Assembly (NCBI GenBank): GCA_013377115.1
Contig: JACAAW010000004.1
Span: forward strand, 2,521-66,520
Length of the DNA stretch: 64,000 nt
Direction of reading: 5' to 3'
Source: Bacteroidota bacterium
Lineage (GTDB): Bacteria > Bacteroidota > Bacteroidia > Bacteroidales > CG2-30-32-10
Shown here: one piece after another, positions 55,161 through 64,000 of the stretch
How the letters are laid out: the number at the start of each line of letters is the position of its first letter
Numbering within the stretch: position 1 is the first letter of the stretch
The notes under the pieces: generated by a model
Seen by the model: only the letters and a program-made list of their open reading frames with translations
Database searches by the model: none
What the model was told of the DNA's origin: nothing
Program-made: the position numbers and the translations under genes

Positions 55161-58100
55161 ATGGAAAACTTCTACCCTACTAAACTAACGCCAATTAATC
55201 TTATGAAAACAAAAAAAAATTCCTTAAAAGCACTTTTTGCTATTTGCTTCTTTTTACTTTTGGCTTTCTCTTCTAATGAAGGTAGGGCGCAGGTAACTAC
55301 AAATTCCAGCTCAGGTTTAGCCGCAACATATACAAGTTTGGCTTCTGCCATCACGGCATTAAATGCTGCAACAATTACGGCACCTGTTACAATAACTTTA
55401 ACCGGGGACGAGACAGCCCCCGCTGGTGGATATTCCATAACTCAATTATCTGGAACTGCTACAAATACTATAACAATCCAGGGAAGTGGCAGTACGATTA
55501 CAGCTTTTTCACCACAAGTCGCAGGGCAAAAGTATGATGCAATTTTTAAAATTGTGGGAGGAGATTGGATAACAATTCAAAATTTCACAATGAAAGAGAA
55601 TAGTTTAAACACTGTGGCTACATTGGCCAATAATACCATGACGGAATGGGGTGTTGGTTTATTTGCAACAAGCACTACAAATGGAGCACAAAACAATACA
55701 ATCCAGAATAATATTATTACACTAAGCAGTTCTACTTCATATCAAAATGCTATTGGAGTTTTTTCTAATACAGCATCATCCGCCACTAATACCGCTCAGG
55801 CAGCCGCCTCTATTGCGGGAACCAATTCGTTTAATAAAATATATGGTAATACGATTTCTGGAGTTGCTTGGGGAGTTTATTTTCTTGCACCTGCTCAAAC
55901 AGCTACAGTGTTTGAAAGTGGAAATGATATTGGAGGTAGTTCTTTGTCAACTGGAAATAACATTACCTATGGAAAATCAAATACAGCTGGTGATTTAGGG
56001 TATACAAGTTTTTCTGGAACCACCCCTGCTGGAGTATATTTTAGAAATGCAGTTGGTAGTTCTGTAAGATTTAATACCATTAATTCACAAACTGGATTAA
56101 CATTAACTTCTGCTGGTATTATTTGTGCAAATGGAACTGCGCCTGCTGGGATTACCTATACTTCAAATTTCAGTAACAATACAATTACAATAACAAATAC
56201 TTTTACAACTGCAGTCTCTGGAATTGTTTTTGGTTCGGGTTTAGCCACAGGAACAATAGTTGGCAGCAACAATACAATTACAATAAATCAAACTGCAACT
56301 GCAGCAGTTTCGGCCGCAATTAATGGGATAAAGGCTAGCTATGCTTCAGCAACGAATACCTGCAGTTCTAATACAATTGTAATTAATCAAACGGAAACAA
56401 CAGGTGCACTTTCTAGTACTACATATGGCATTAACATTGCTGGCGCGTCAACTACATTAACAGCAAACTCCAATAATATTACTATCAACCAAACTGGTTC
56501 TGGAACTGGGACTATTACTGGTGCTACTTATGGAATTGATTATTCTGCTGCAGCTACTACTATTAATTCTTTAAGTAATACGGTACTAGTAAACCAAACT
56601 ACAGGCGTAGTAAATGGTATTATAAATTCTATTGCGGGATTAAATGCAACCAGTGCTGCTACCACTTTAAATATTGGTAGCGCCGGCAATGGAAATACTA
56701 TAACTTTGAAACAAGAAATTTCTGGTTCTGGATCCTATGGTACTTGTTCTGTTACATATATTAATGCGGCTTCTTCAAGCGCGACTTTAAATATAGTAGG
56801 TAATACAATTAATAATACAGGTTCAGCTCAACGTTCCACAGGGACTACCACGGCAATTAGTCATAGTGGTACTATTACATCAGCATTGACTGTTAACAAT
56901 AATACAATAAATTCAAATCTAGGAACAACAGGGCCAGCATCTCTTTATGGTATTTATTCAAATGGATCAACAGGAAGTATTCCAACATATAATATTACAA
57001 ATAATAATATTACGTTTACAAATACTACCTCCGGTTCTACAGTATATGGTATTTATAATACTGATGGAGGATCAACCGCAAATAAAATTTTAACAGGAAA
57101 TACAATTTCAATTTCTGGAACTGCAATTTCAACAAATGGAATGACACTTGGATATTCAAATGCCTATTCTGTTTCTGGAAATACATTCAATTTAATTTCA
57201 AACTCCACTGCAGCAACCCAATTGGCCGGTATATTTTTTAACACTACAGCTCTAGGAGCCCATTCGGTTACAAACAATACTTTTGCGGCACTTAATCTTA
57301 CAGGGATGTTAACAACATCTCCAATTGTTGCAGCAATAACATTATCAATGGGAAACGGTGTTACAATATATGGAAATATTGTAACAAATATTGCAATTGG
57401 TGCTGCAGGAAGTACAGGATCTCCAACAATAGATGGCATATTGATTTCAGGAGGAACATTGACAAATGTATACCAAAACAAGATATATGGTATTTCTTCT
57501 TTATGCTCAGGTGCTACAGGGGTAGTAAATGGAATTCGCATTACAGCAGGCACGACCAATAATATTAACAACAACTTAATTGGAGGATTAACGGCAACAG
57601 CTGCTTCAAATCCAGATGCTATCAGGGGGATTTCTATTACTTCTACGACAGCCTCATCAACGAATAACATTTACTACAATACAGTATATCTTACAGGAAC
57701 AGGCGGAGCAAACTTTGGAGGCTCTGGTATTTACCATGCTACCAATGCCACAGCAACAACTGCCGCATTAAATTTAAGAAATAATATTATCGTTAATAAC
57801 TGTACTCCTTCTGGAACAGGCTTGGCTGTTGCTTTTAGAAGAAGTAATACCTCTCTAACTAATTATGCCGCAACCTCAAACAATAACTTGTTTTACGGAA
57901 GCAATATTTTTACTGATGGAACCAATACTGATGCTACTTTGGCAGCATTTCAAACACGCGTTGGACCAACAAGAGATGCTTTATCAAAAACAGAAAATAT
58001 TTCATTTGCCAGCACCTTAGGTTCTGATGCCAATTATTTACATTTTGCTGCTGGAGCAATAAATTTAGCTGGTGGTTTTGCTGCACCAATTTCAGGTTAT

Positions 58101-61100
58101 ACAACAGATTATGATTTAGAAACGCGAGATGTATCCACTCCAGATATTGGAGCAGATGAATTTGTACAAGGCCTTGCAGCAGTGCCAACAATTACTTCAT
58201 TTACACCAGCCACGCTTTGTTTTGCTGGTGGACAAACTGTTACAATTACAGGAACCAACTTTACTGGAATTACCTCAGTGAAGTTTAATGGAACAAATGC
58301 AGCTTCTTATACTGTAATCAGCACCACATCAATTACGGCAATAACACCCCCAAGCATTACTGCTGGAGCAATAACTGTAACCAATAGTGGCGGTACCGCC
58401 ACTTCTGCAACTAATTACACTGTTGTAACCGCACCTACAATTGGTGTAACAACAAGCTTGGCAATTTGCTCTGATCAAAGTGGATCTCCACTTACTGCCA
58501 ATGGAGGATCAACCTATGCTTGGACACCTGCCACAGGTTTGTCTGCAACTGTTGGCACAACAGTAACTGCAAATCCATCAACAAACACAACATATACCGT
58601 TACCGGAACTGATGGCAATGGTTGTTTTTCAACAGCATCAACTACTGTAACAGTAAACCCTGCCCCTTCTGCAGTAACAATTACCCAATCACCAGCAGCT
58701 GTTTGTGCTGGTTCGGTTGCAACTTTGACGGCAAGTGGGGGAACAATTGCAAGTGCTGTTACGGGAACTATTGGAACAAATATTTCATTAACTTCTGCAA
58801 CTACACAACCTACTGCTTTTTGTAATAGATGGGGGAATTATTGGAGTCAAACAATTTATACGGCAGCTGAATTGACAGCTGCAGGTTTTAGTGCAGGAAA
58901 CATTAACTCATTAGCCTATAACATAACAAGCTTGGGGGATGCAGCAACAAATGCTAATTTAAATATTAAAATTGGTGCAACATCAATTTCTACCTTTCCA
59001 AGTACAACATATTTATCAACAACAGGCTTTACTAGTGTTTATGGCCCCAGCACATATACACATACAGCAACTGGTTGGCAAACAATAACGTTTAATACAC
59101 CTTATGTTTGGAATGGCACTTCAAATATTGTAATAAATATTACAATGGATGGAGCCAATTTAACAAATAATTCTATTTCCTATTACACTACGACTTCTGG
59201 AAATACAACCATCTGTACTTCTTCTGGATACACAGCTGGAGTAACAACAACTGGCACAACATCCACTCAAAGATTAGATATTAAATTTGCTGCAACAGGT
59301 AGTTCTAATTCACCAATCACCTGGTCTCCAACCACAAATCTATTTTCTGATGCAGCTGCAACAACAGCCTATACAGGTGGAGCATCTAATGTGGTTTATG
59401 CAGTAAATACAACAGGGACAGCTTATTCTGCATCCGCATCAAATGGAACCTGCTCTACTTCTGGAACAATTACTACCAATATTAATCCATTACCAGTAAT
59501 TTCTGCTTCAGGCGCAACTATTTGCAATGGAGGATCAACCACATTAACAGCATCTGGCGGAACAAGCTATGTTTGGGTGCCTACAACTAGCCTTTCAGCA
59601 ACAACTGGAAATCCGGTAACAGCCAATCCAACCTCTACAACAACTTATACCATTACTGGGACTTCAAGTGGTTGTATTGGAACAACAACAGCAACCGTTA
59701 CTGTAAATTCTCCAGTTCTTATTACTTCTCAACCAGTAAATCAGGTAATTTTAGATGGAGCAACTGCTACTTATAGCTTGGTTGCTACAGGAACCGGATT
59801 AAGTTACCAATGGCAAGAAAATACAGGTTCAGGTTTTGTTGATATTAGTGGAGAAACAAGCGCTACGCTTAGCTTTACAGGAACTGCATCAATGACCGGT
59901 TATCTTTACCAATGTATTGTTTCAGGTGCATCACCATGTTCATCGGTAACTTCAAGTTCAGCATTATTAACAATCAGTTCCATTAGTATTACAAGCCAAC
60001 CAGCATCTACTGCAATTTGCAGCAATGGCATAGCGACCTTTTCCATTTCAACTTCGGGTGGAGTAACGTCTTATCAATGGCAAGTAAATACTGGCTCTGG
60101 ATGGTCGGATATGTCTGGTGAAACTGGAACTTCTATTTCTGTTAGCGGACTTACATCCGCAAATACTGGAACTCAATATCAATGTATATTAAATGCAGGT
60201 GCTGTAACATCAAATACGGCTGTTTTAACAGTTTATGATGTTGTTGCTATTGGAACTCAGCCTTCAAATCAAACAACTTGCTCCAACGCTCCTTCTATTG
60301 CTTTTTCAGTTAGTGCAACAGGAAGTGGATTAACTTACCAATGGCAAGTATCAACAAATGCAGGTGCTTCCTGGTCAAATATTGGTGGAGCTACTTCAAG
60401 CACCTATACCATCAGTACGCCAGGCATTGCATTAAATGGAAACGAATATCATGTAATAGTTTCAGGGTCATCGCCATGTTCGGCTGTTACTTCAAATACA
60501 GTTACTTTAATAGTTATAGGTGTTTCAACAGCTGCATCTTCAGGTTCTATTTGTGCAAATACTGCTGTTGTCCTCACAGCCACTCCAACTGCTGGATCGC
60601 CAACATTATCTTATAGCTGGTCGGGTATCGCGGCTAGTGGTGCATCAACACCAGTAACTGGCAATCCTGCTTCTATTACGCCAACAGCTGCAGGAACTTT
60701 TACATATACCTTAACTGCGACAGGTGGTACTTGTACATTGACAAGTACGCAAATTGTTACAGTTAATGCTTTACCTAATATTACAAGTGCAACTGCGGCT
60801 CCAGCGACAGTTTGTAATGGGGATGCTATTACTTTAACTGCTGCAAGCTTGCAGGCTAATATTGGAACTGCTGCTATTGGGACAGGATCTACTACTGCAT
60901 CAAGTTATGACAATCCATTTTATTCTTTATGGTCAAACACCCAGGAGCAAATTTTGGTTAAAGCTTCGGAACTTTCAGCTGCAGGTTTAGTAGCAGGTAA
61001 TTTAACTTCATTGGGGATGGAAGTTACTTCTGGTACAACCATTATGCCTGATTTTACATTGAGTTTGCAGGCGACAAGCTCCAATACCCTAACAACACTA

Positions 61101-64000
61101 GCGAGTAACGGCTGGAGTAATGTATACACAAACATTTCAGGACTCACACCAGTAATTGGAGTGAATACTATTAATTTTTCAACTCCTTTTTATTGGGATG
61201 GTTCAAGTAATCTTCTATTAAAGTTTTGTTGGGGAAATAGTGGTACAACAGCAACACAAAGCAATACTGTAAAAGCGGATGTAACAACATATGTATGCAG
61301 TATTAATGCGCATAATTCTATTGGGACTTCAGGAAGTTCAATTTGTGCCTCAACCACATTTTATTCGAGTTATTCAAACCGGCCTAAATTTATTTTTGGA
61401 GGTCAAGTAGGAACCAATCAAACAGCTAGTTACAACTGGTCATGGAATTCTACACCAGCAGTAAATACAGCTACAGGAACAACAACAGCATCAAATGTTG
61501 GCGTCTCCGCAGCAAGTCAATCGTTTACTGTAACGGCAACAAATCCATCCTCAGGATGCAGTGCCACACTTACTACGTCTCCAATTACTATTTATCCTAC
61601 TCCAAGTGCTCCTGTAGCAACAAATACCAATCAGTGTGGAACGCAAACACCTACTTGTTCGGTTATTGGAAGCGGCATTAATGGGAATACTTTTCAATGG
61701 TACTTGGTTGCAAGCGGAGGGAGTCCTATTAGTGGACAAACTGGAACGAGTTTAAGCAATTATCCTGTTTCAGCAACTACCACATTTTATGTATCTGAAA
61801 CCAATGGAACTTGCTCCAGTTCTAGGACAGCAGTATCAACTACTTTCACTGGGCCACCAACTGTAAATATTTTGGCTGGCACAAATCCATTATGTTCTGG
61901 AAGTTTAACTTCACTAACTGCTTCAAGCGCAAACTCAGACTATACCTATACTTGGTCAAATAGTTTAGGTTCTGGAAATTCAGTTTCAGTTAGTCCAGCT
62001 ACCGCTACAACTTATTCTGTTAGTGCTGTTGATAATAGTGGTGGTTCTTATAATGGATGTGTAAATTCAGGAACAGTTTCGGTATCAGTTAATCCAGTAC
62101 CAACAGCCGTCACAGCAGCAGTATCAGCTAGTTCAATTTGCAATGGAAATGCTGTGAATTTAACTTCTTCATCAATTTCTGGAAATAATCCAATTAATTA
62201 TACTCAAGGATTTGAAACATTCCCACCAACAGGTTGGACTATGATAAATGCTGGTTCAGGTAATGCATGGATAACAAGTACATCATCTCATTCAGGTGTT
62301 CGAGCAATACAGTATACTTATAATGTTTCTAATGCTGGAAATGCATGGGCTATTTCTGTTGGACATTCTTTAACAGCTGGAATAACTTACACTATTTCCT
62401 ATTGGTATAAGGTCGCTTTGGCATCCTATCCTGAAAAATTGAAACTAACAGTGGGTAGTCTTGCAACTGTAGCCGGACAAACAACTACATTATTAACTCA
62501 AGCATCATTAACAAATACAACATATGCTCAAGCTACAACAACTTATACGCCTTTAACGACTGGGATTTATTACTTTGGTTTGAATTGTTTCTCAGCGGCC
62601 AATATGGATATCTTATATGTAGATGATTTTTCAATTACTGGAACTGGTGCCCCAGCAAATTATTCCTGGACATCCTCTCCTTCCGGATTCACATCTGCCC
62701 TGCAAAACCCAACCGGTGTTTCGCCTGCAGCTACAACACAATATAATGTTACAGCAACAAATAGTTTTGGTTGTTCAGCATCAAATTCGGTTTCCGTAGT
62801 TGTAAATCCAAACATACCAGTAAGTGTATCAATAGCAACAACAGCAACCATAATTTGTGCTGGTTCTTCTGTTACCTTCACTGCTACGCCAGTAAATGAA
62901 GGAACATCACCATCATATCAATGGGATATCAATGGTTCTGACGTTGCTGGTGCTCCAAATAGCAATATCTTCACAACTTCAGGCCTAACAAATGGCCAAA
63001 CTGTAAATTGCATTATGACATCTAATGCAGGTTCTTGCTTAACAAACTCACCGGCCATGTCGAATATTTTCACCATAACAGTTAATCCAAGTATCCCTGC
63101 AAGTGTTGCTGTTGCAGCAACATCAACTTCGATTTGTCCTGGAGATTCCATTACATTTACGGCGAGTCCAACAAACGGTGGCACCACTCCTACATATCAG
63201 TGGTACCAGAATGCGGTTACAGTTGGATCAAACAGCAATACTTTTGCATCTAGCGCATTAGCAAACAGCGATAATATAACTTGCGTTATGACATCAAATG
63301 CTTCAGGTTGTTTAACAAACTCACCTGCCACCTCAAATCCTGTTTCAATTACTTTAAATACTCCAAGTCCGGTTTCCACTCTTACTAGTGGTGATATGAT
63401 TTGGAATGGCAATACAAGTAATGATTGGACCAATACTTCTAACTGGTATGATTATTCAAACTCTTATTCTATTGCTACTGCCCTACCAACTTCCATTTCG
63501 AATGTTATTATTCCAAAAAATGGGACTTGCGTTAGCAGTCAACCTTCAATTTCTAATGGCGATTTCAACAATATTGTAATTGAACCAAATGCTACCTTAA
63601 ATATGAATTTGGGCACAATCAATGTTTTGGGAAACTGGACCAATTCTGGAGCTTTTATCCCAAATTCCAGCTCAGTATATTTTAATGGAAATACCCCGCA
63701 AACAATTCACTCAAATGGGGGCAGCTTCAATAATGTTACTTTTAACAATAACAGTGTTGGAAACTCAGGAATTATTATTAATGACCAAATGACAATTGAT
63801 GGTACTGGAACATTTACAAATGGAATTGTAAATTATTCTGGAACCGGAACATTGAGTTTTACAAATATTGCTACTTGCCCGAATGGTGGTTCAGCAAACT
63901 CTTTTGTAAATACTTCTGGAGCGAATTTCGTCAGTAAAACTGGAACTGATGGATTTATTTTCCCTGTTGGTGAAATTGATAGTTTAGGAAATAAAGTTTG
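55161..64000 (+). CDS. Giant adhesin-like protein, partial (beta-helix N-region, IPT/TIG, Ig-like repeats, cleaved-adhesin-like domain); paralog of 47550-53909
   Basis: Not in the ORF track because it has no stop in the window. ATG 55161 (or 55203) with signal peptide; same frame reads sensibly at spot checks near 57000, 60000, 62160 and 63960; ends in GFIFPVGEI like adhesin 1. Confidence 0.88.
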   Translation, partial: MENFYPTKLTPINLMKTKKNSLKALFAICFFLLLAFSSNEGRAQVTTNSSSGLAATYTSLASAITALNAATITAPVTITLTGDETAPAGGYSITQLSGTATNTITIQGSGSTITAFSPQVAGQKYDAIFKIVGGDWITIQNFTMKENSLNTVATLANNTMTEWGVGLFATSTTNGAQNNTIQNNIITLSSSTSYQNAIGVFSNTASSATNTAQAAASIAGTNSFNKIYGNTISGVAWGVYFLAPAQTATVFESGNDIGGSSLSTGNNITYGKSNTAGDLGYTSFSGTTPAGVYFRNAVGSSVRFNTINSQTGLTLTSAGIICANGTAPAGITYTSNFSNNTITITNTFTTAVSGIVFGSGLATGTIVGSNNTITINQTATAAVSAAINGIKASYASATNTCSSNTIVINQTETTGALSSTTYGINIAGASTTLTANSNNITINQTGSGTGTITGATYGIDYSAAATTINSLSNTVLVNQTTGVVNGIINSIAGLNATSAATTLNIGSAGNGNTITLKQEISGSGSYGTCSVTYINAASSSATLNIVGNTINNTGSAQRSTGTTTAISHSGTITSALTVNNNTINSNLGTTGPASLYGIYSNGSTGSIPTYNITNNNITFTNTTSGSTVYGIYNTDGGSTANKILTGNTISISGTAISTNGMTLGYSNAYSVSGNTFNLISNSTAATQLAGIFFNTTALGAHSVTNNTFAALNLTGMLTTSPIVAAITLSMGNGVTIYGNIVTNIAIGAAGSTGSPTIDGILISGGTLTNVYQNKIYGISSLCSGATGVVNGIRITAGTTNNINNNLIGGLTATAASNPDAIRGISITSTTASSTNNIYYNTVYLTGTGGANFGGSGIYHATNATATTAALNLRNNIIVNNCTPSGTGLAVAFRRSNTSLTNYAATSNNNLFYGSNIFTDGTNTDATLAAFQTRVGPTRDALSKTENISFASTLGSDANYLHFAAGAINLAGGFAAPISGYTTDYDLETRDVSTPDIGADEFVQGLAAVPTITSFTPATLCFAGGQTVTITGTNFTGITSVKFNGTNAASYTVISTTSITAITPPSITAGAITVTNSGGTATSATNYTVVTAPTIGVTTSLAICSDQSGSPLTANGGSTYAWTPATGLSATVGTTVTANPSTNTTYTVTGTDGNGCFSTASTTVTVNPAPSAVTITQSPAAVCAGSVATLTASGGTIASAVTGTIGTNISLTSATTQPTAFCNRWGNYWSQTIYTAAELTAAGFSAGNINSLAYNITSLGDAATNANLNIKIGATSISTFPSTTYLSTTGFTSVYGPSTYTHTATGWQTITFNTPYVWNGTSNIVINITMDGANLTNNSISYYTTTSGNTTICTSSGYTAGVTTTGTTSTQRLDIKFAATGSSNSPITWSPTTNLFSDAAATTAYTGGASNVVYAVNTTGTAYSASASNGTCSTSGTITTNINPLPVISASGATICNGGSTTLTASGGTSYVWVPTTSLSATTGNPVTANPTSTTTYTITGTSSGCIGTTTATVTVNSPVLITSQPVNQVILDGATATYSLVATGTGLSYQWQENTGSGFVDISGETSATLSFTGTASMTGYLYQCIVSGASPCSSVTSSSALLTISSISITSQPASTAICSNGIATFSISTSGGVTSYQWQVNTGSGWSDMSGETGTSISVSGLTSANTGTQYQCILNAGAVTSNTAVLTVYDVVAIGTQPSNQTTCSNAPSIAFSVSATGSGLTYQWQVSTNAGASWSNIGGATSSTYTISTPGIALNGNEYHVIVSGSSPCSAVTSNTVTLIVIGVSTAASSGSICANTAVVLTATPTAGSPTLSYSWSGIAASGASTPVTGNPASITPTAAGTFTYTLTATGGTCTLTSTQIVTVNALPNITSATAAPATVCNGDAITLTAASLQANIGTAAIGTGSTTASSYDNPFYSLWSNTQEQILVKASELSAAGLVAGNLTSLGMEVTSGTTIMPDFTLSLQATSSNTLTTLASNGWSNVYTNISGLTPVIGVNTINFSTPFYWDGSSNLLLKFCWGNSGTTATQSNTVKADVTTYVCSINAHNSIGTSGSSICASTTFYSSYSNRPKFIFGGQVGTNQTASYNWSWNSTPAVNTATGTTTASNVGVSAASQSFTVTATNPSSGCSATLTTSPITIYPTPSAPVATNTNQCGTQTPTCSVIGSGINGNTFQWYLVASGGSPISGQTGTSLSNYPVSATTTFYVSETNGTCSSSRTAVSTTFTGPPTVNILAGTNPLCSGSLTSLTASSANSDYTYTWSNSLGSGNSVSVSPATATTYSVSAVDNSGGSYNGCVNSGTVSVSVNPVPTAVTAAVSASSICNGNAVNLTSSSISGNNPINYTQGFETFPPTGWTMINAGSGNAWITSTSSHSGVRAIQYTYNVSNAGNAWAISVGHSLTAGITYTISYWYKVALASYPEKLKLTVGSLATVAGQTTTLLTQASLTNTTYAQATTTYTPLTTGIYYFGLNCFSAANMDILYVDDFSITGTGAPANYSWTSSPSGFTSALQNPTGVSPAATTQYNVTATNSFGCSASNSVSVVVNPNIPVSVSIATTATIICAGSSVTFTATPVNEGTSPSYQWDINGSDVAGAPNSNIFTTSGLTNGQTVNCIMTSNAGSCLTNSPAMSNIFTITVNPSIPASVAVAATSTSICPGDSITFTASPTNGGTTPTYQWYQNAVTVGSNSNTFASSALANSDNITCVMTSNASGCLTNSPATSNPVSITLNTPSPVSTLTSGDMIWNGNTSNDWTNTSNWYDYSNSYSIATALPTSISNVIIPKNGTCVSSQPSISNGDFNNIVIEPNATLNMNLGTINVLGNWTNSGAFIPNSSSVYFNGNTPQTIHSNGGSFNNVTFNNNSVGNSGIIINDQMTIDGTGTFTNGIVNYSGTGTLSFTNIATCPNGGSANSFVNTSGANFVSKTGTDGFIFPVGEIDSLGNKV

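Noticed and set aside
55172-63433. Many short ORFs on both strands, some Cys-rich (e.g. 58622-58825, 60341-60616, 57164-57670)
   Set aside because: Frame shadows of the Thr/Ser/Gly-rich giant adhesin running from 55161 to the window end

Overview
AT-rich chromosomal window from a Bacteroidota bacterium. The assignment rests on several T9SS type-A C-terminal sorting domains, recurrent TAnnTTTG -7 promoter boxes, and A-rich starts without Shine-Dalgarno sites. No rRNA, tRNA, CRISPR array or transposase was seen. The highlight is 336-11129, an all-plus-strand extracellular-electron-transfer-like cluster. It encodes five multiheme cytochromes c (45 CxxCH plus 2 CX3CH motifs, counted by hand), two NHL beta-propellers and a predicted outer-membrane beta-barrel. 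One cytochrome (5904-6536) is a stand-alone tetraheme with the motif pattern of the Geobacter nanowire protein OmcE, and a second (3845-5545) carries an OmcE-like domain fused to 8 more hemes. Next to the cluster is a heme/maturation block: NrfJ-like lipoprotein, fused CcsBA, 4-TM protein and HemH. The rest of the window holds T9SS cargo, a secreted caspase-TPR protein, a candidate structured RNA, GH3-serine hydrolase, a methyltransferase/GT2 pair, citrate lyase (fused CitD-CitE plus CitF), tandem lipoproteins, a PAS/GAF kinase with a REC-adenylate cyclase, REP-type repeats, and two giant paralogous adhesins. The second adhesin (55161 to the window end) is missing from the ORF track. All homology calls come from motif recognition and memory, not database searches.
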